This document shows, piece after piece, positions 55,582 to 64,000 of a stretch of 64,000 bases of DNA (its first letter is position 1; each line of letters opens with the position of its first letter). The stretch is from Candidatus Krumholzibacteriia bacterium (GTDB lineage Bacteria; Krumholzibacteriota; Krumholzibacteriia; LZORAL124-64-63). The position numbers were made by a program, and so were the translations under genes. The notes beneath the pieces are model-generated. The model was not told the origin of the DNA. It did no database searches and saw nothing but the letters and a program-made list of their open reading frames with translations. The stretch covers positions 6,147 through 70,146 of the forward strand of contig JAZBOO010000280.1 in assembly GCA_036351155.1 (NCBI GenBank). Direction: 5' to 3'.

Positions 55582-56899
55582 ACCTTTCTGGATGGATCGG
55601 GTTCATTGTCTGCAGAGATGATACTCCAAGCAGTCCGAATTGCACATCATCTCGTCCGAACATCAGGTCGATGGTCCATTCCAGGGCGATCCTCAGGCGT
55701 CGTCCCCAGCCGGGCATCTTCATGAGATAGACCGTGCGCCACAGGAACCACGCGGCAAAACCGGCCAGCTTGATGGGGCCGATGCGGGCCACGCCGGTGC
55801 GGCAACCCAGGGCCACCAGCTGGCCGCGGTCCCGGATCACACATGGTCCGGTGGGCTGCCCACGCAGGACCCGCAGGAGGTTGTCGGCCAGTTGCCGCCC
55901 CTGCTGGACGGCGGCCTGGGCCGTGGCCGGATAGGGGCGTCCCGTCGGATCGGGGTTGACGGCGCAATCGCCGATGGCCCACAGGTGTTCGTGGCCCTGG
56001 ACCCTGAGGTCGGGGGAGCAAAGGATCCAGCCACGTTCGTCCGACGGGAGCCCCAGTGCTGTCAGTGCCGGGTTGGGTGCGATCCCGGCACACCAGATGA
56101 CCGTCCGGGTGGCCAGACGGTCACCGCCGGCCAGAATGATATGATCTTCGCTCACTTCCTGAACAGAGGTGTTCAGGCGCAGGTGAATGCCGCGCTGCTG
56201 CAGTTTTTCGGCGGCAAATGACGCCAGCTTGGCGTCCAGGTTGGGCAAGATGCGGGGTGCGATATCGATCAGCGTGACCGTGATGTCCGAATCGTGGACA
56301 TGGCTGTAGCGACGGGCGGCCCTTTTGAGGAACACCTCGAACTCACCGGCCACTTCCACCCCGGTGAAACTCGAACCGACCACGGCAAAGTGCAGCAGTT
56401 CGCGGCGCAGCAGGTGGTCCGGCGACTGATCGGCTTGCTCCAGCAAGCGGATGGCCCGGTCGCGCAGAGCGATGGCGTCCGCCACCCCCTTGACCTGCAG
56501 TCCGTGCTGGTGCAGTCCGGGGATGGGGGGCAAATTGGTGATGCTGCCCATGCCCAGAACCAGGTGATCGTAAGGGATGTTCCGGGGTTGAGCCTGTCCC
56601 ACCGGGCGCACAGCTATGGTCTTCTGATCCAGGTCGGCCCCGATAAATTCCCCCATGAGGAGGTCGTCCGAACGCGTGAAGGCGCGCAGTCCCACCACCG
56701 CATGCCGGGGGGATAGACTGCCGGTCCCCGCTTCCACCAGGAAGGGGTGAAAAACGAAGAAATTGTTGCGGTCGATCAGCAGGACTTCAGCCTCACCCGG
56801 CTTCAGCTTTTTCAAAAGCCGCTGCACCGCGCTGGCTCCGCCGAACCCACCGCCTACCACCACGATACGAGGAATGTCACTTTTATGGTGAATACCCAT
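55517..56899 (-). CDS. ndh: Type II NADH:quinone oxidoreductase (NDH-2)
   Basis: IVVVGGGFGG (FAD site), second GxGxxG (VVGSSFTGVE), C-terminal amphipathic membrane-anchor region. The last roughly 40 aa overlap the start of the VOC gene. Confidence 0.85.
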   Translation of the reverse strand: MGIHHKSDIPRIVVVGGGFGGASAVQRLLKKLKPGEAEVLLIDRNNFFVFHPFLVEAGTGSLSPRHAVVGLRAFTRSDDLLMGEFIGADLDQKTIAVRPVGQAQPRNIPYDHLVLGMGSITNLPPIPGLHQHGLQVKGVADAIALRDRAIRLLEQADQSPDHLLRRELLHFAVVGSSFTGVEVAGEFEVFLKRAARRYSHVHDSDITVTLIDIAPRILPNLDAKLASFAAEKLQQRGIHLRLNTSVQEVSEDHIILAGGDRLATRTVIWCAGIAPNPALTALGLPSDERGWILCSPDLRVQGHEHLWAIGDCAVNPDPTGRPYPATAQAAVQQGRQLADNLLRVLRGQPTGPCVIRDRGQLVALGCRTGVARIGPIKLAGFAAWFLWRTVYLMKMPGWGRRLRIALEWTIDLMFGRDDVQFGLLGVSSLQTMNPIHPERFEHEPSQRHRLHRIHHHRSER

Positions 56900-56938
56900 G
56901 GCATCCTACTCGGCTTGCGATTATCATTTTCATCTGTC

Positions 56939-56967
56939 TTGATTATACTTGATAAAAAAGGTATGAT
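56939..56967 (+). promoter_or_regulatory. Near-consensus sigma70-type promoter TTGATT-17 bp-TATGAT in the divergent ndh/sucA intergenic region
   Basis: Read directly. Lies about 65 nt upstream of the sucA ATG in an AT-rich gap that also contains the direct repeat CTTGAT-TATA-CTTGAT. Confidence 0.5.
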
Positions 56968-57033
56968 TTTCACGCCAGTTCCGGGTTCTCACAACCGGAA
57001 TCAACCGTCACCCACATTCCGTAATCCGGGGCC

Positions 57034-59865
57034 ATGAATAACCGTAAAAACAATGATCCCAATACGTTGAGCCTTTCATACGCGGAAATGCTCTGGCAAT
57101 CTTGGCAGGATGATCCTGCCAGCGTGCCCCCCGCCTGGCAGGCCTGGTTTGCCGCCCAGAACGTGGCTGGACCCAGTGACCCATCCTATCAGCCTTCCGG
57201 GGCGGCGAGCGACCGTGCCTTGGCCGACCAGAACAAGGTCGATCAGATGGTCAGGAATTACCGGGTCAGGGGTCATCGTATTGCCAACTTGAACCCCCTG
57301 GGCAAGCCCATGGAGGAGCCTCCTGAGCTGACCCTGGAATATTATGGATTCGGTGAAGGGGATCTGGATCGCGTCTTCTCGGCGGGAACCCTGAGCCCGG
57401 GCGATATGCTCCCGCTACGGGAAATCCAGCGCAAGCTTCAGGCCACCTATTCGCGCTTCATCGGTGTGCAGTACATGCACATCGACGACCTGCAGGTCCG
57501 GGAATGGCTGCAGGGCCGCATGGAGGCCAGTGAAAATCGTATCGAGCTGGACCACGAGGTTCAGGAACGGATCCTCAAGCGGCTGATCGACGCAGAGATT
57601 TTCGAGGAATTCATCCAGAACAAGTATCTGGGAGCCAAGCGCTTCAGCCTGGAGGGCGCCGAGACGCTCATTCCTTTGCTGGACATGGCCATCGAGCATG
57701 CCGGTCAGCAGGGGCTGGACAAGGTGGTCATCGGGATGGCTCACCGTGGTCGACTGAACGTGCTGGCCAACATCCTCCATAAAAGCCCCAAGAAGATTTT
57801 CCAGGAATTCGAGGACGCCGATGCCGAAACCTACCTGGGGCGTGGCGATGTTAAGTACCACCTCGGCCATCATTCGAACTGGACCACCCGACAGGGTGAT
57901 ATCGTTCATCTGAGCCTGTGTTTCAATCCCAGTCATCTGGAGTTTGTCACGCCGGTGGCGCAGGGGCGAGTGCGGGCCCGGCAGGATCGACTGGAGGACG
58001 CAGGTCGAGAAAAGAGCATGGCCCTTCTGATTCATGGCGATGCCGCCTTCAGCGGCCAGGGGGTCATCCAGGAGTCATTGAACCTTTCGCAGCTTGACGG
58101 CTACACCACCGGGGGGTCCCTCCATCTGGTGTTGAACAACCAGATCGGTTTCACCACGGATCCCCACGACGCGCGTTCCACGCGGTACTGCACCGACGTG
58201 GCCAAGATGCTGCAGGCCCCGGTTTTCCACGTCAACGGTGAGGACCCCGAGGCGGTGGCCCAGGTCATCAGCCTGGCCATGGACTTTCGAAAGGAGTGGA
58301 AGCGGGATGTCATCGTGGATATGTATTGTTTCCGCCGTCGCGGACACAACGAGACCGATGAGCCGGCTTTCACCCAGCCCATCATGTATCAAGCAATTGA
58401 TCGTCGCCCATCGGTGCGGGAAGGGTATCTCAAGCGTCTGACCAAGACCGGCCCTTTGACTCAGAAAACAGCGGACGAGATGCTTGTGGAACGCCGGCAA
58501 CGTTTACAGGGGATTCTGGACGAGGTGCGAGAAGGTCCCCCCGAGAAGGTGGATGAACTGGACCGGCGGAAAGTTCTGGGACCGGTCTGGAAGGAATACA
58601 TGGGCGGACCCGAGCCGGGGGGGCCCAAGCTGTACACCGGTGTGGAACAAGAGAAGCTGAAGGACATTCTCCAGAGTATTTCGAGGCATCCCGAGGACTT
58701 TCAGCCGCACCGCAAGATCAAACGACTGTTGACCCAGCGCCAGGAAATGGCCGAGGGAGAGCGCCCGCTGGACTGGGCTGCCGCCGAGGCGTTGGCCTAT
58801 GGCTCCCTGGCTCTCGAAGGCCACCCCGTACGTCTGAGTGGCCAGGACAGCCAGCGGGGCACCTTCAGCCACCGCCACTCCGTCCTGCACGACAGAGAGA
58901 CCGGGGATACTTATGCTCCTCTGCAGAATCTTGGATCTCAGCAGGGCTGGGTGCAGACCCTGAACAGCCCGCTGTCCGAGGTGGCCGTCCTGGGATTTGA
59001 GTACGGCTACAGCCTCACCTATCCCGAGGCCCTGGTCATCTGGGAAGCGCAGTTCGGGGATTTCAACAATGTGGCACAGCCCATCATTGACCAGTTCATC
59101 GCCAGTGCCGAGAGCAAGTGGGGGATGCTGTCCGGTCTGGTGATGATGTTGCCTCACGGCTTCGAGGGCATGGGGCCTGAGCATAGCAGTGCGCGGGTGG
59201 AACGTTTTCTGCAGCTGGCCGCCGAGGACAATCTGCAAATCGCCAACCCGACGACGCCCGGGCAGCTGTTCCATCTGTTGCGGCGGCAGGTCTGGCGCCA
59301 CTGGCGCAAGCCTCTGGTCCTGCTGTCCCCCAAGTCTTTGCTGCGCCACCCGGGCTGCGTCAGCTCACTGGACGATCTATCCGCCGGCTCCTTCGAGCCG
59401 GTCCTGGCCGACCCGACCGCGCCGGATCCGGCCAAGGTCAAGCGCATCTTGCTGTGCAGCGGCAAGGTGTACTACGATCTGGAAAAGGAACGCCGCAGCC
59501 GCGGCCGCGAGGATGTGGCCATTCTGCGACTGGAACAGCCTTACCCTGTGCCGGCCAGTGCCTTGATCGGTGCAGTGGGGCGGTACGCCGACGAGACTCC
59601 GCTGATCTGGGTCCAGGAAGAACCGGCCAACATGGGCGTGTGGCCCTATCTGCGTTATCGCTTCGGTCAGCGGTTCCTGGGACGCGAATTGCTGGGGGTG
59701 TGCCGCCCTGAAGCGGCCAGTCCAGCCACCGGTTCGGCCGCGAGCCACAAACTTGAACTTTGTATGCTGCTGGACCAGGTTTTCGGATCGCTGGGCGATC
59801 TATCCTCCTCCCGGCCGCCATGGAATCAGAACCCCGAAAGGATTGACCAATGTCGGTCGACGTGA
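57034..59865 (+). CDS. sucA: 2-oxoglutarate dehydrogenase E1 component
   Basis: 943-aa protein with a ThDP-binding region and the E1o-specific N-terminal region (MNNRKNN...LSYAEMLW, a characteristic E1o N-terminus). Confidence 0.9.
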   Translation: MNNRKNNDPNTLSLSYAEMLWQSWQDDPASVPPAWQAWFAAQNVAGPSDPSYQPSGAASDRALADQNKVDQMVRNYRVRGHRIANLNPLGKPMEEPPELTLEYYGFGEGDLDRVFSAGTLSPGDMLPLREIQRKLQATYSRFIGVQYMHIDDLQVREWLQGRMEASENRIELDHEVQERILKRLIDAEIFEEFIQNKYLGAKRFSLEGAETLIPLLDMAIEHAGQQGLDKVVIGMAHRGRLNVLANILHKSPKKIFQEFEDADAETYLGRGDVKYHLGHHSNWTTRQGDIVHLSLCFNPSHLEFVTPVAQGRVRARQDRLEDAGREKSMALLIHGDAAFSGQGVIQESLNLSQLDGYTTGGSLHLVLNNQIGFTTDPHDARSTRYCTDVAKMLQAPVFHVNGEDPEAVAQVISLAMDFRKEWKRDVIVDMYCFRRRGHNETDEPAFTQPIMYQAIDRRPSVREGYLKRLTKTGPLTQKTADEMLVERRQRLQGILDEVREGPPEKVDELDRRKVLGPVWKEYMGGPEPGGPKLYTGVEQEKLKDILQSISRHPEDFQPHRKIKRLLTQRQEMAEGERPLDWAAAEALAYGSLALEGHPVRLSGQDSQRGTFSHRHSVLHDRETGDTYAPLQNLGSQQGWVQTLNSPLSEVAVLGFEYGYSLTYPEALVIWEAQFGDFNNVAQPIIDQFIASAESKWGMLSGLVMMLPHGFEGMGPEHSSARVERFLQLAAEDNLQIANPTTPGQLFHLLRRQVWRHWRKPLVLLSPKSLLRHPGCVSSLDDLSAGSFEPVLADPTAPDPAKVKRILLCSGKVYYDLEKERRSRGREDVAILRLEQPYPVPASALIGAVGRYADETPLIWVQEEPANMGVWPYLRYRFGQRFLGRELLGVCRPEAASPATGSAASHKLELCMLLDQVFGSLGDLSSSRPPWNQNPERIDQCRST

Positions 59866-61043
59866 CAGTGCCCGATCTGGGCGAGTCCATCAATGAAGTG
59901 GAAGTGTCCGGACTGCTGAAGCAGCAGGGCGATGCGGTGGCCCTGGATGAGCCCTTGATCGAGCTGGAATCGGACAAGGCCACGGTCGAGGTCCCGGCGC
60001 CGGCGGCCGGTGTGCTGGTGGAAATCCTGGTAGAGGAAGGCGCGGTCCTGAAGACCGGCGACATTCTGGCCCGGATCGATACCGACGCGGTGGCGGCTGC
60101 TCCCTCTGCTGCCGACGAGCAAAAAGAATCGGCGAAGGCGGACACTCCGCATGTCATGCCGGCGGCCCAGCGGGTCATGGACGAACGGGGGATTTCCCCG
60201 GACCAGGTCAAGGGAACCGGGCCCGGCGGCCGGGTGCTGAAAGAAGATGTGCCCGATGCGCCTCCGGCCTCCGCTCCGATCGCGCCCCGGCCGGCCGCGA
60301 AGGTGCCCGCGCCATTGCCTGCGCCCCCGACCATGACCGGGGAACGAAACGAGCGCCGCCAGCGCATGAGCCCCATTCGTCGGCGGATCGCTGAACGCCT
60401 GGTGGAATCGCAGCAAACGGCGGCCCTGTTGACCACCTTCAACGAGATCGACATGACCCGGGTCAAGGCCTTGCGTGCCGAACACCAGGAAGCCTTCACC
60501 GCACGCTACGGCGTGAAGCTGGGTTTCATGAGCTTCTTCACCAAGGCGGCCTGTGAGGCGTTGCAACTCATGCCGGGAATCAATGCCCAGATCGAGGGTG
60601 ATGAGATCCTCTATCACGACTACTGCGACATCGGAATCGCCGTGGGTGGCGGCAAGGGCCTGGTGGTGCCGGTGATCCGCAACGCTGAGATGCTGGACTT
60701 CGGGGGCCTGGAGCAGACCATTGCCGACTACGCTCAGCGCGCCCAGACCAACAAGCTTGATCTCGCAGAACTGGAAGGAGGCACCTTCACCATCAGCAAC
60801 GGTGGGGTGTACGGCTCCCTGATGAGCACGCCCATCATCAACCCGCCCCAGAGCGGAGTGCTGGGGCTGCACAGCATTCAGGACCGCCCGGTGGCCATCG
60901 ACGGCCAGGTGGTGATTCGTCCCATGATGTACGTGGCGCTCACCTACGACCATCGGCTGGTGGACGGCCGCGAAGCGGTCACGTTCCTGAAGCACATCAA
61001 GAACTGCGTCGAACAGCCCGAGCGGCTGTTGTTGAAGGTTTGA
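59850..61043 (+). CDS. sucB: Dihydrolipoyllysine-residue succinyltransferase (E2 of 2-oxoglutarate dehydrogenase)
   Basis: Lipoyl domain [19 protein letters not shown]-rich linker, catalytic domain ending [10 protein letters not shown]. Confidence 0.9.
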   Translation: MSVDVTVPDLGESINEVEVSGLLKQQGDAVALDEPLIELESDKATVEVPAPAAGVLVEILVEEGAVLKTGDILARIDTDAVAAAPSAADEQKESAKADTPHVMPAAQRVMDERGISPDQVKGTGPGGRVLKEDVPDAPPASAPIAPRPAAKVPAPLPAPPTMTGERNERRQRMSPIRRRIAERLVESQQTAALLTTFNEIDMTRVKALRAEHQEAFTARYGVKLGFMSFFTKAACEALQLMPGINAQIEGDEILYHDYCDIGIAVGGGKGLVVPVIRNAEMLDFGGLEQTIADYAQRAQTNKLDLAELEGGTFTISNGGVYGSLMSTPIINPPQSGVLGLHSIQDRPVAIDGQVVIRPMMYVALTYDHRLVDGREAVTFLKHIKNCVEQPERLLLKV

Positions 61044-61045
61044 TC

Positions 61046-62422
61046 ATGGCGGCGAAAAAGCACGATCTCATCGTCATCGGAGCCGGCCCCGGCGGCTATG
61101 CCGCGGCCATCCGTGGGGCCCAGCTGGGTCTGGACACGGCCTGCATCGAAAAGGAAGCGCGTCTGGGGGGGACCTGCCTGCGGGTGGGGTGCATTCCCAG
61201 CAAGGCTCTCCTGGAAAGCAGCGAGAAGTTTGCCGAGGCGGGCCATGCCCTGGCCGGTCATGGCGTGAAGGTGGGCCAGCCGGAGCTGGACCTGGCGGCC
61301 ATGATGGGTCGCAAGGACGGCATCGTCGAGCAGCTGACCGACGGCATCGCCGGGCTGTTCAAGGTGAACAAGGTGACCCGATACGAGGGTGCGGCCCAGC
61401 TGACGGGCCCCGGCAAGGTCCAGGTGGGAGATCAGGAACTGACGGCGGACAAGATCATCATCGCCACCGGCAGTACGGCCAGTTCGCTGCCCGGGGTGGA
61501 GCTGGATGGTGACCTGGTGGGGGACAGCACAGCCGCCCTTTCCTGGTCCGCAGTGCCCGAGCATCTGGTGGTGATCGGCGCCGGGTACATCGGACTGGAG
61601 CTGGGCTCGGTTTGGGCCCGCCTCGGGGCCAAGGTCACGGTCATGGAGTATCTCAAGCGCATCTTGCCGGGCACCGATGGCGAGATTGCCCGGGTGGCTC
61701 TGCAGCTGTTCAAACGCCAGGGCCTGGATTTTGCCCTGGGCAGCCGGGTCACCGGCACGGAGATCAAGGACGGCAAGGTGCAGGTCCATCGTGATGGTGA
61801 AGATCCGGTGACCTGCGATCGGGTACTGGTTGCGGTGGGTCGACGCCCCGTGACCGAGGGCCTGGGTCTGGAAACCGCGGGGGTGTCGCTGGACGATCGA
61901 GGCTTCATCAAGGTCGATCAGCACAATCTGGCCGCGCCCGGGGTCTGGGCTGTTGGCGATGTGGCCGGGGGGGCCATGCTGGCGCACAAGGCCACGGACG
62001 AGGCGGTGGCCTGCGTGGAACGGATGGTCGGTCAGGCCGGGCATTTCGATGCATCTCTGGTACCCGGGGTGTGCTACACCGATCCGGAAATTGCGGGAGT
62101 GGGGAAGACCGAGGAAGATCTGAAGGATGCCAAGATTCCCTACAACAAGGGCGTCTACACCTTCCGTGCCAACGGCAGGGCCCTGGCTCTGGACCGCCCC
62201 GAAGGTCGCGTCAAGGTTCTGGCGCACAAGGAAACCGACCGGGTGCTGGGTGTGCACATTGTCGGGCCGCGGGCCGGTGACCTGATTGCCGAGGCCACGG
62301 CGGCCATGGCCTTCGGGGCCAGCGCCGAGGACATCGGCCGGGTTTGCCATGCGCACCCGACGCTGTCCGAAGTACTGCGTGAAGCGTCACTGGCCGCATT
62401 CGACCGGCCTCTGCACGGGTAG
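61046..62422 (+). CDS. lpdA: Dihydrolipoyl dehydrogenase (E3)
   Basis: VIGAGPGGY, redox-active GGTCLRVGCIPSK, C-terminal HAHPTLSE. An alternative TTG start at 61040 overlaps the sucB stop. Confidence 0.9.
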   Translation: MAAKKHDLIVIGAGPGGYAAAIRGAQLGLDTACIEKEARLGGTCLRVGCIPSKALLESSEKFAEAGHALAGHGVKVGQPELDLAAMMGRKDGIVEQLTDGIAGLFKVNKVTRYEGAAQLTGPGKVQVGDQELTADKIIIATGSTASSLPGVELDGDLVGDSTAALSWSAVPEHLVVIGAGYIGLELGSVWARLGAKVTVMEYLKRILPGTDGEIARVALQLFKRQGLDFALGSRVTGTEIKDGKVQVHRDGEDPVTCDRVLVAVGRRPVTEGLGLETAGVSLDDRGFIKVDQHNLAAPGVWAVGDVAGGAMLAHKATDEAVACVERMVGQAGHFDASLVPGVCYTDPEIAGVGKTEEDLKDAKIPYNKGVYTFRANGRALALDRPEGRVKVLAHKETDRVLGVHIVGPRAGDLIAEATAAMAFGASAEDIGRVCHAHPTLSEVLREASLAAFDRPLHG

Positions 62423-62444
62423 GTCGTCACGGGGGGCCGCGCTT

Positions 62445-63578
62445 TCAGATGGCCTGCAGCCACCTGTAGAGCTCGTCCAGCTCGACGCGCCCCGTGTGGT
62501 TGATCTTGCCCAGATCCTCGGGCAACACCCACCGCAATCCCACGCGCGTGGATTGCTTCTTGTCTCCCGCCAGCAGGCGCCCGAGTTCCTCGGGGCCCGG
62601 GGCCGTCCAGGTGATGGGCAGGCCGCAGGCCTCGAGCACCTCGATCATCTTGACGGCCAGGGGCAAGGGGCAGCTTCCCCTTTCGGCAGCCAGACGGAAC
62701 ACCACGGCCATGCCCACCGACACGGCTTCTCCGTGGCTCAGGGGACGGTCTGATGGCTTGCTCCATGCCTCGAGGGCGTGGCCCAGGGTGTGGCCCAGGT
62801 TCAGGTTCCTGCGTTCGCCTTTCTCCCGGAAATCCCGGTTGACGATCCCGGCCTTGACGGCCGCTGCGCGCCCGATCCACCGGGCCCAGGGCAGGCAGCC
62901 CAGCACTCCGGGAACCATCTCCTCAGCCGGCCCCTCGGCAAACAGCCGCCACAACGCGGGGCGCGCTTCGTGGATCTCTTCAAACAGGAGGGGATCTCCG
63001 ATGGCGGCAGTCTTGATCATCTCGGCCAGGCCATCGCGCCAGGCCTGGCGGGGCAGGGTGGCCAGGAAGCCCACGTCAGCCAGGACGGCGCTGGCCGGAT
63101 AGAATAGCCCCACGGGATTCTTCAGCCCCGCGGCATTGATGGCGGTCTTGCCGCCGATGGAGGCATCGACCATGGCCAGCAGTGTGGTGGGGAAGGAAAC
63201 GAAACCCATGCCGCGTCGCCACGTGCCGGCGGCCAGTCCGGCCACATCCAGCACGGCGCCTCCGCCCACGGCCACCAGGGTGCGGTCCCTGCCGACGGCC
63301 TGCTCGGCCAGCCAGTTGTAGATGACCTCCAGCTGCTGCATGGTCTTGGCGGACTCACCTCCGGGGACCACCAGGGTCTGGTGTGGGCTGGCTCCACAGC
63401 TGTTCTGGATCTGCTCGACCCACGGGGCATGGAGCAAAGCCACCGCTTCGTCCAGGAGGTATACGGGGGGGTATCCCTTGACGTATCTGGGCAGTTCAAG
63501 ACCGGCCAGAGGGCCCAGGATGTATCGGCTTTTCTCGCCGTCGAGATTCATGTCCAGGATCAGGGGTTGCTCGGCCAT
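62445..63578 (-). CDS. aroB: 3-dehydroquinate synthase
   Basis: VAVGGGAVLDVAGLAA...PTTLLAMVDASIGGKTAIN (NAD-binding/shikimate-pathway DHQS motifs), HTLGHALE metal site. Confidence 0.88.
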   Translation of the reverse strand: MAEQPLILDMNLDGEKSRYILGPLAGLELPRYVKGYPPVYLLDEAVALLHAPWVEQIQNSCGASPHQTLVVPGGESAKTMQQLEVIYNWLAEQAVGRDRTLVAVGGGAVLDVAGLAAGTWRRGMGFVSFPTTLLAMVDASIGGKTAINAAGLKNPVGLFYPASAVLADVGFLATLPRQAWRDGLAEMIKTAAIGDPLLFEEIHEARPALWRLFAEGPAEEMVPGVLGCLPWARWIGRAAAVKAGIVNRDFREKGERRNLNLGHTLGHALEAWSKPSDRPLSHGEAVSVGMAVVFRLAAERGSCPLPLAVKMIEVLEACGLPITWTAPGPEELGRLLAGDKKQSTRVGLRWVLPEDLGKINHTGRVELDELYRWLQAI

Positions 63579-63805
63579 TATTTCCTACCTGTTGAGTGAG
63601 TGTGTGACCGGCCAAAGCCAAGTGCTGTATGAATTAATAGCATTTACCGGGTGGAAATGCTAGTTGAAAATAAGTATCAGTTTCATCAACTGTTTGTTTC
63701 ACAACGGTTTAACTTGTTAACTCCTCGTGCGGTGTTTACTTTTGTCGCACCGGCCCGTCATCCTACACGCCGGTACGATTGAATTCCACAAAAGGAGTAG
63801 TTCCA

Positions 63806-64000
63806 TGGCAGGTCAGATGGTTGAAGTCCGCTGGCATGCGCGGGGTGGTCAGGGCGCCAAGACGGCAGCCATGTTCCTGGCCGAAGCCGTCCTGGAGAAG
63901 GGCAAGTACGGTCAGGGTTTTCCCGAGTACGGTCCCGAGCGTCGCGGCGCTCCCATGCGCGGGTACACGCGGATTTCCGAAACCCCCATTCGTCGGCATT
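63806..64000 (+). CDS. 2-oxoacid (pyruvate/2-oxoglutarate):ferredoxin oxidoreductase gamma subunit, N-terminal part; runs off the window
   Basis: AAGGAG lies 7 nt upstream of ATG 63806. [57 protein letters not shown] is the typical PorG/KorC N-terminus. It is not in the ORF track because no stop is reached before the window ends. Confidence 0.75.

Noticed and set aside
62423-62444. Looked for a terminator between convergent lpd and aroB
   Set aside because: The gap is only 22 nt and GC-rich (GGGGGGCCGCGC) with no U-tract and no clear hairpin. Termination probably occurs inside the opposing gene or is Rho-dependent, so no feature is called.
63600-63790. AT-rich 190-bp divergent region between aroB and the OFOR gamma gene, with possible palindromes (CATTTaccgggtggAAATG; GTGCGGTG...CGCACCGG)
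   Set aside because: The symmetries are short and imperfect. The region is plausibly just two divergent promoters, and I could not define hexamers confidently enough to list them as features.
1-64000. Searched for tRNA, rRNA, CRISPR repeats, integrase/transposase/phage genes and toxin-antitoxin pairs
   Set aside because: No cloverleaf-like sequences, no repeat-spacer arrays and no recombinase-like ORFs were seen. Every sizeable ORF was assignable to a chromosomal function or to the envelope/signalling clusters described.

Overview
This is a visibly GC-rich bacterial chromosomal segment of about 64 kb, with codon third positions dominated by G/C. It is densely coding and mostly on the + strand. 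I found no rRNA, tRNA, CRISPR array, transposase or integrase. The housekeeping backbone includes mfd, two SurA/parvulin-type chaperones, the ftsE-ftsX-envC-like operon, the holB-PSP1(ricT)-tatD-rsmA block, secDF, nnr-tsaD, priA, ndh, sucA-sucB-lpd, aroB, and the start of a 2-oxoacid:ferredoxin oxidoreductase gamma subunit. Four regions look accessory and are the most interesting.

First, 43.0-49.8 kb holds a signalling cluster: a receiver-GGDEF regulator with a GGDDF motif, two paralogous histidine kinases each fused to GAF and HD-GYP domains (the second with a Y-D in place of H-D), and two single-domain receivers.

Second, 25.6-38.5 kb opens with a 1594-aa polytopic HAMP-PAS histidine kinase that has no adjacent response regulator. 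It continues with an envelope cluster: a DUF4159-like protein, a 1262-aa N-terminal double-TM protein with a (QPGDQ)n acidic repeat, a TPR protein, a GATase1-like protein and a zinc-ribbon mini-protein.

Third, 52.1-55.2 kb encodes a 1038-aa secreted papain-family (C1) cysteine protease with beta-helix repeats and a T9SS/FlgD-Ig-like C-terminal sorting domain, behind a near-consensus promoter.

Fourth, 15.6-19.1 kb encodes an outer-membrane beta-barrel protein followed by two paralogous lipoproteins next to rsmA.

Several intrinsic terminators, two near-consensus sigma70-type promoters and a nested palindromic element after secF are also visible. The many long reverse-strand ORFs in the six-frame track are GC-driven shadows of the real genes.
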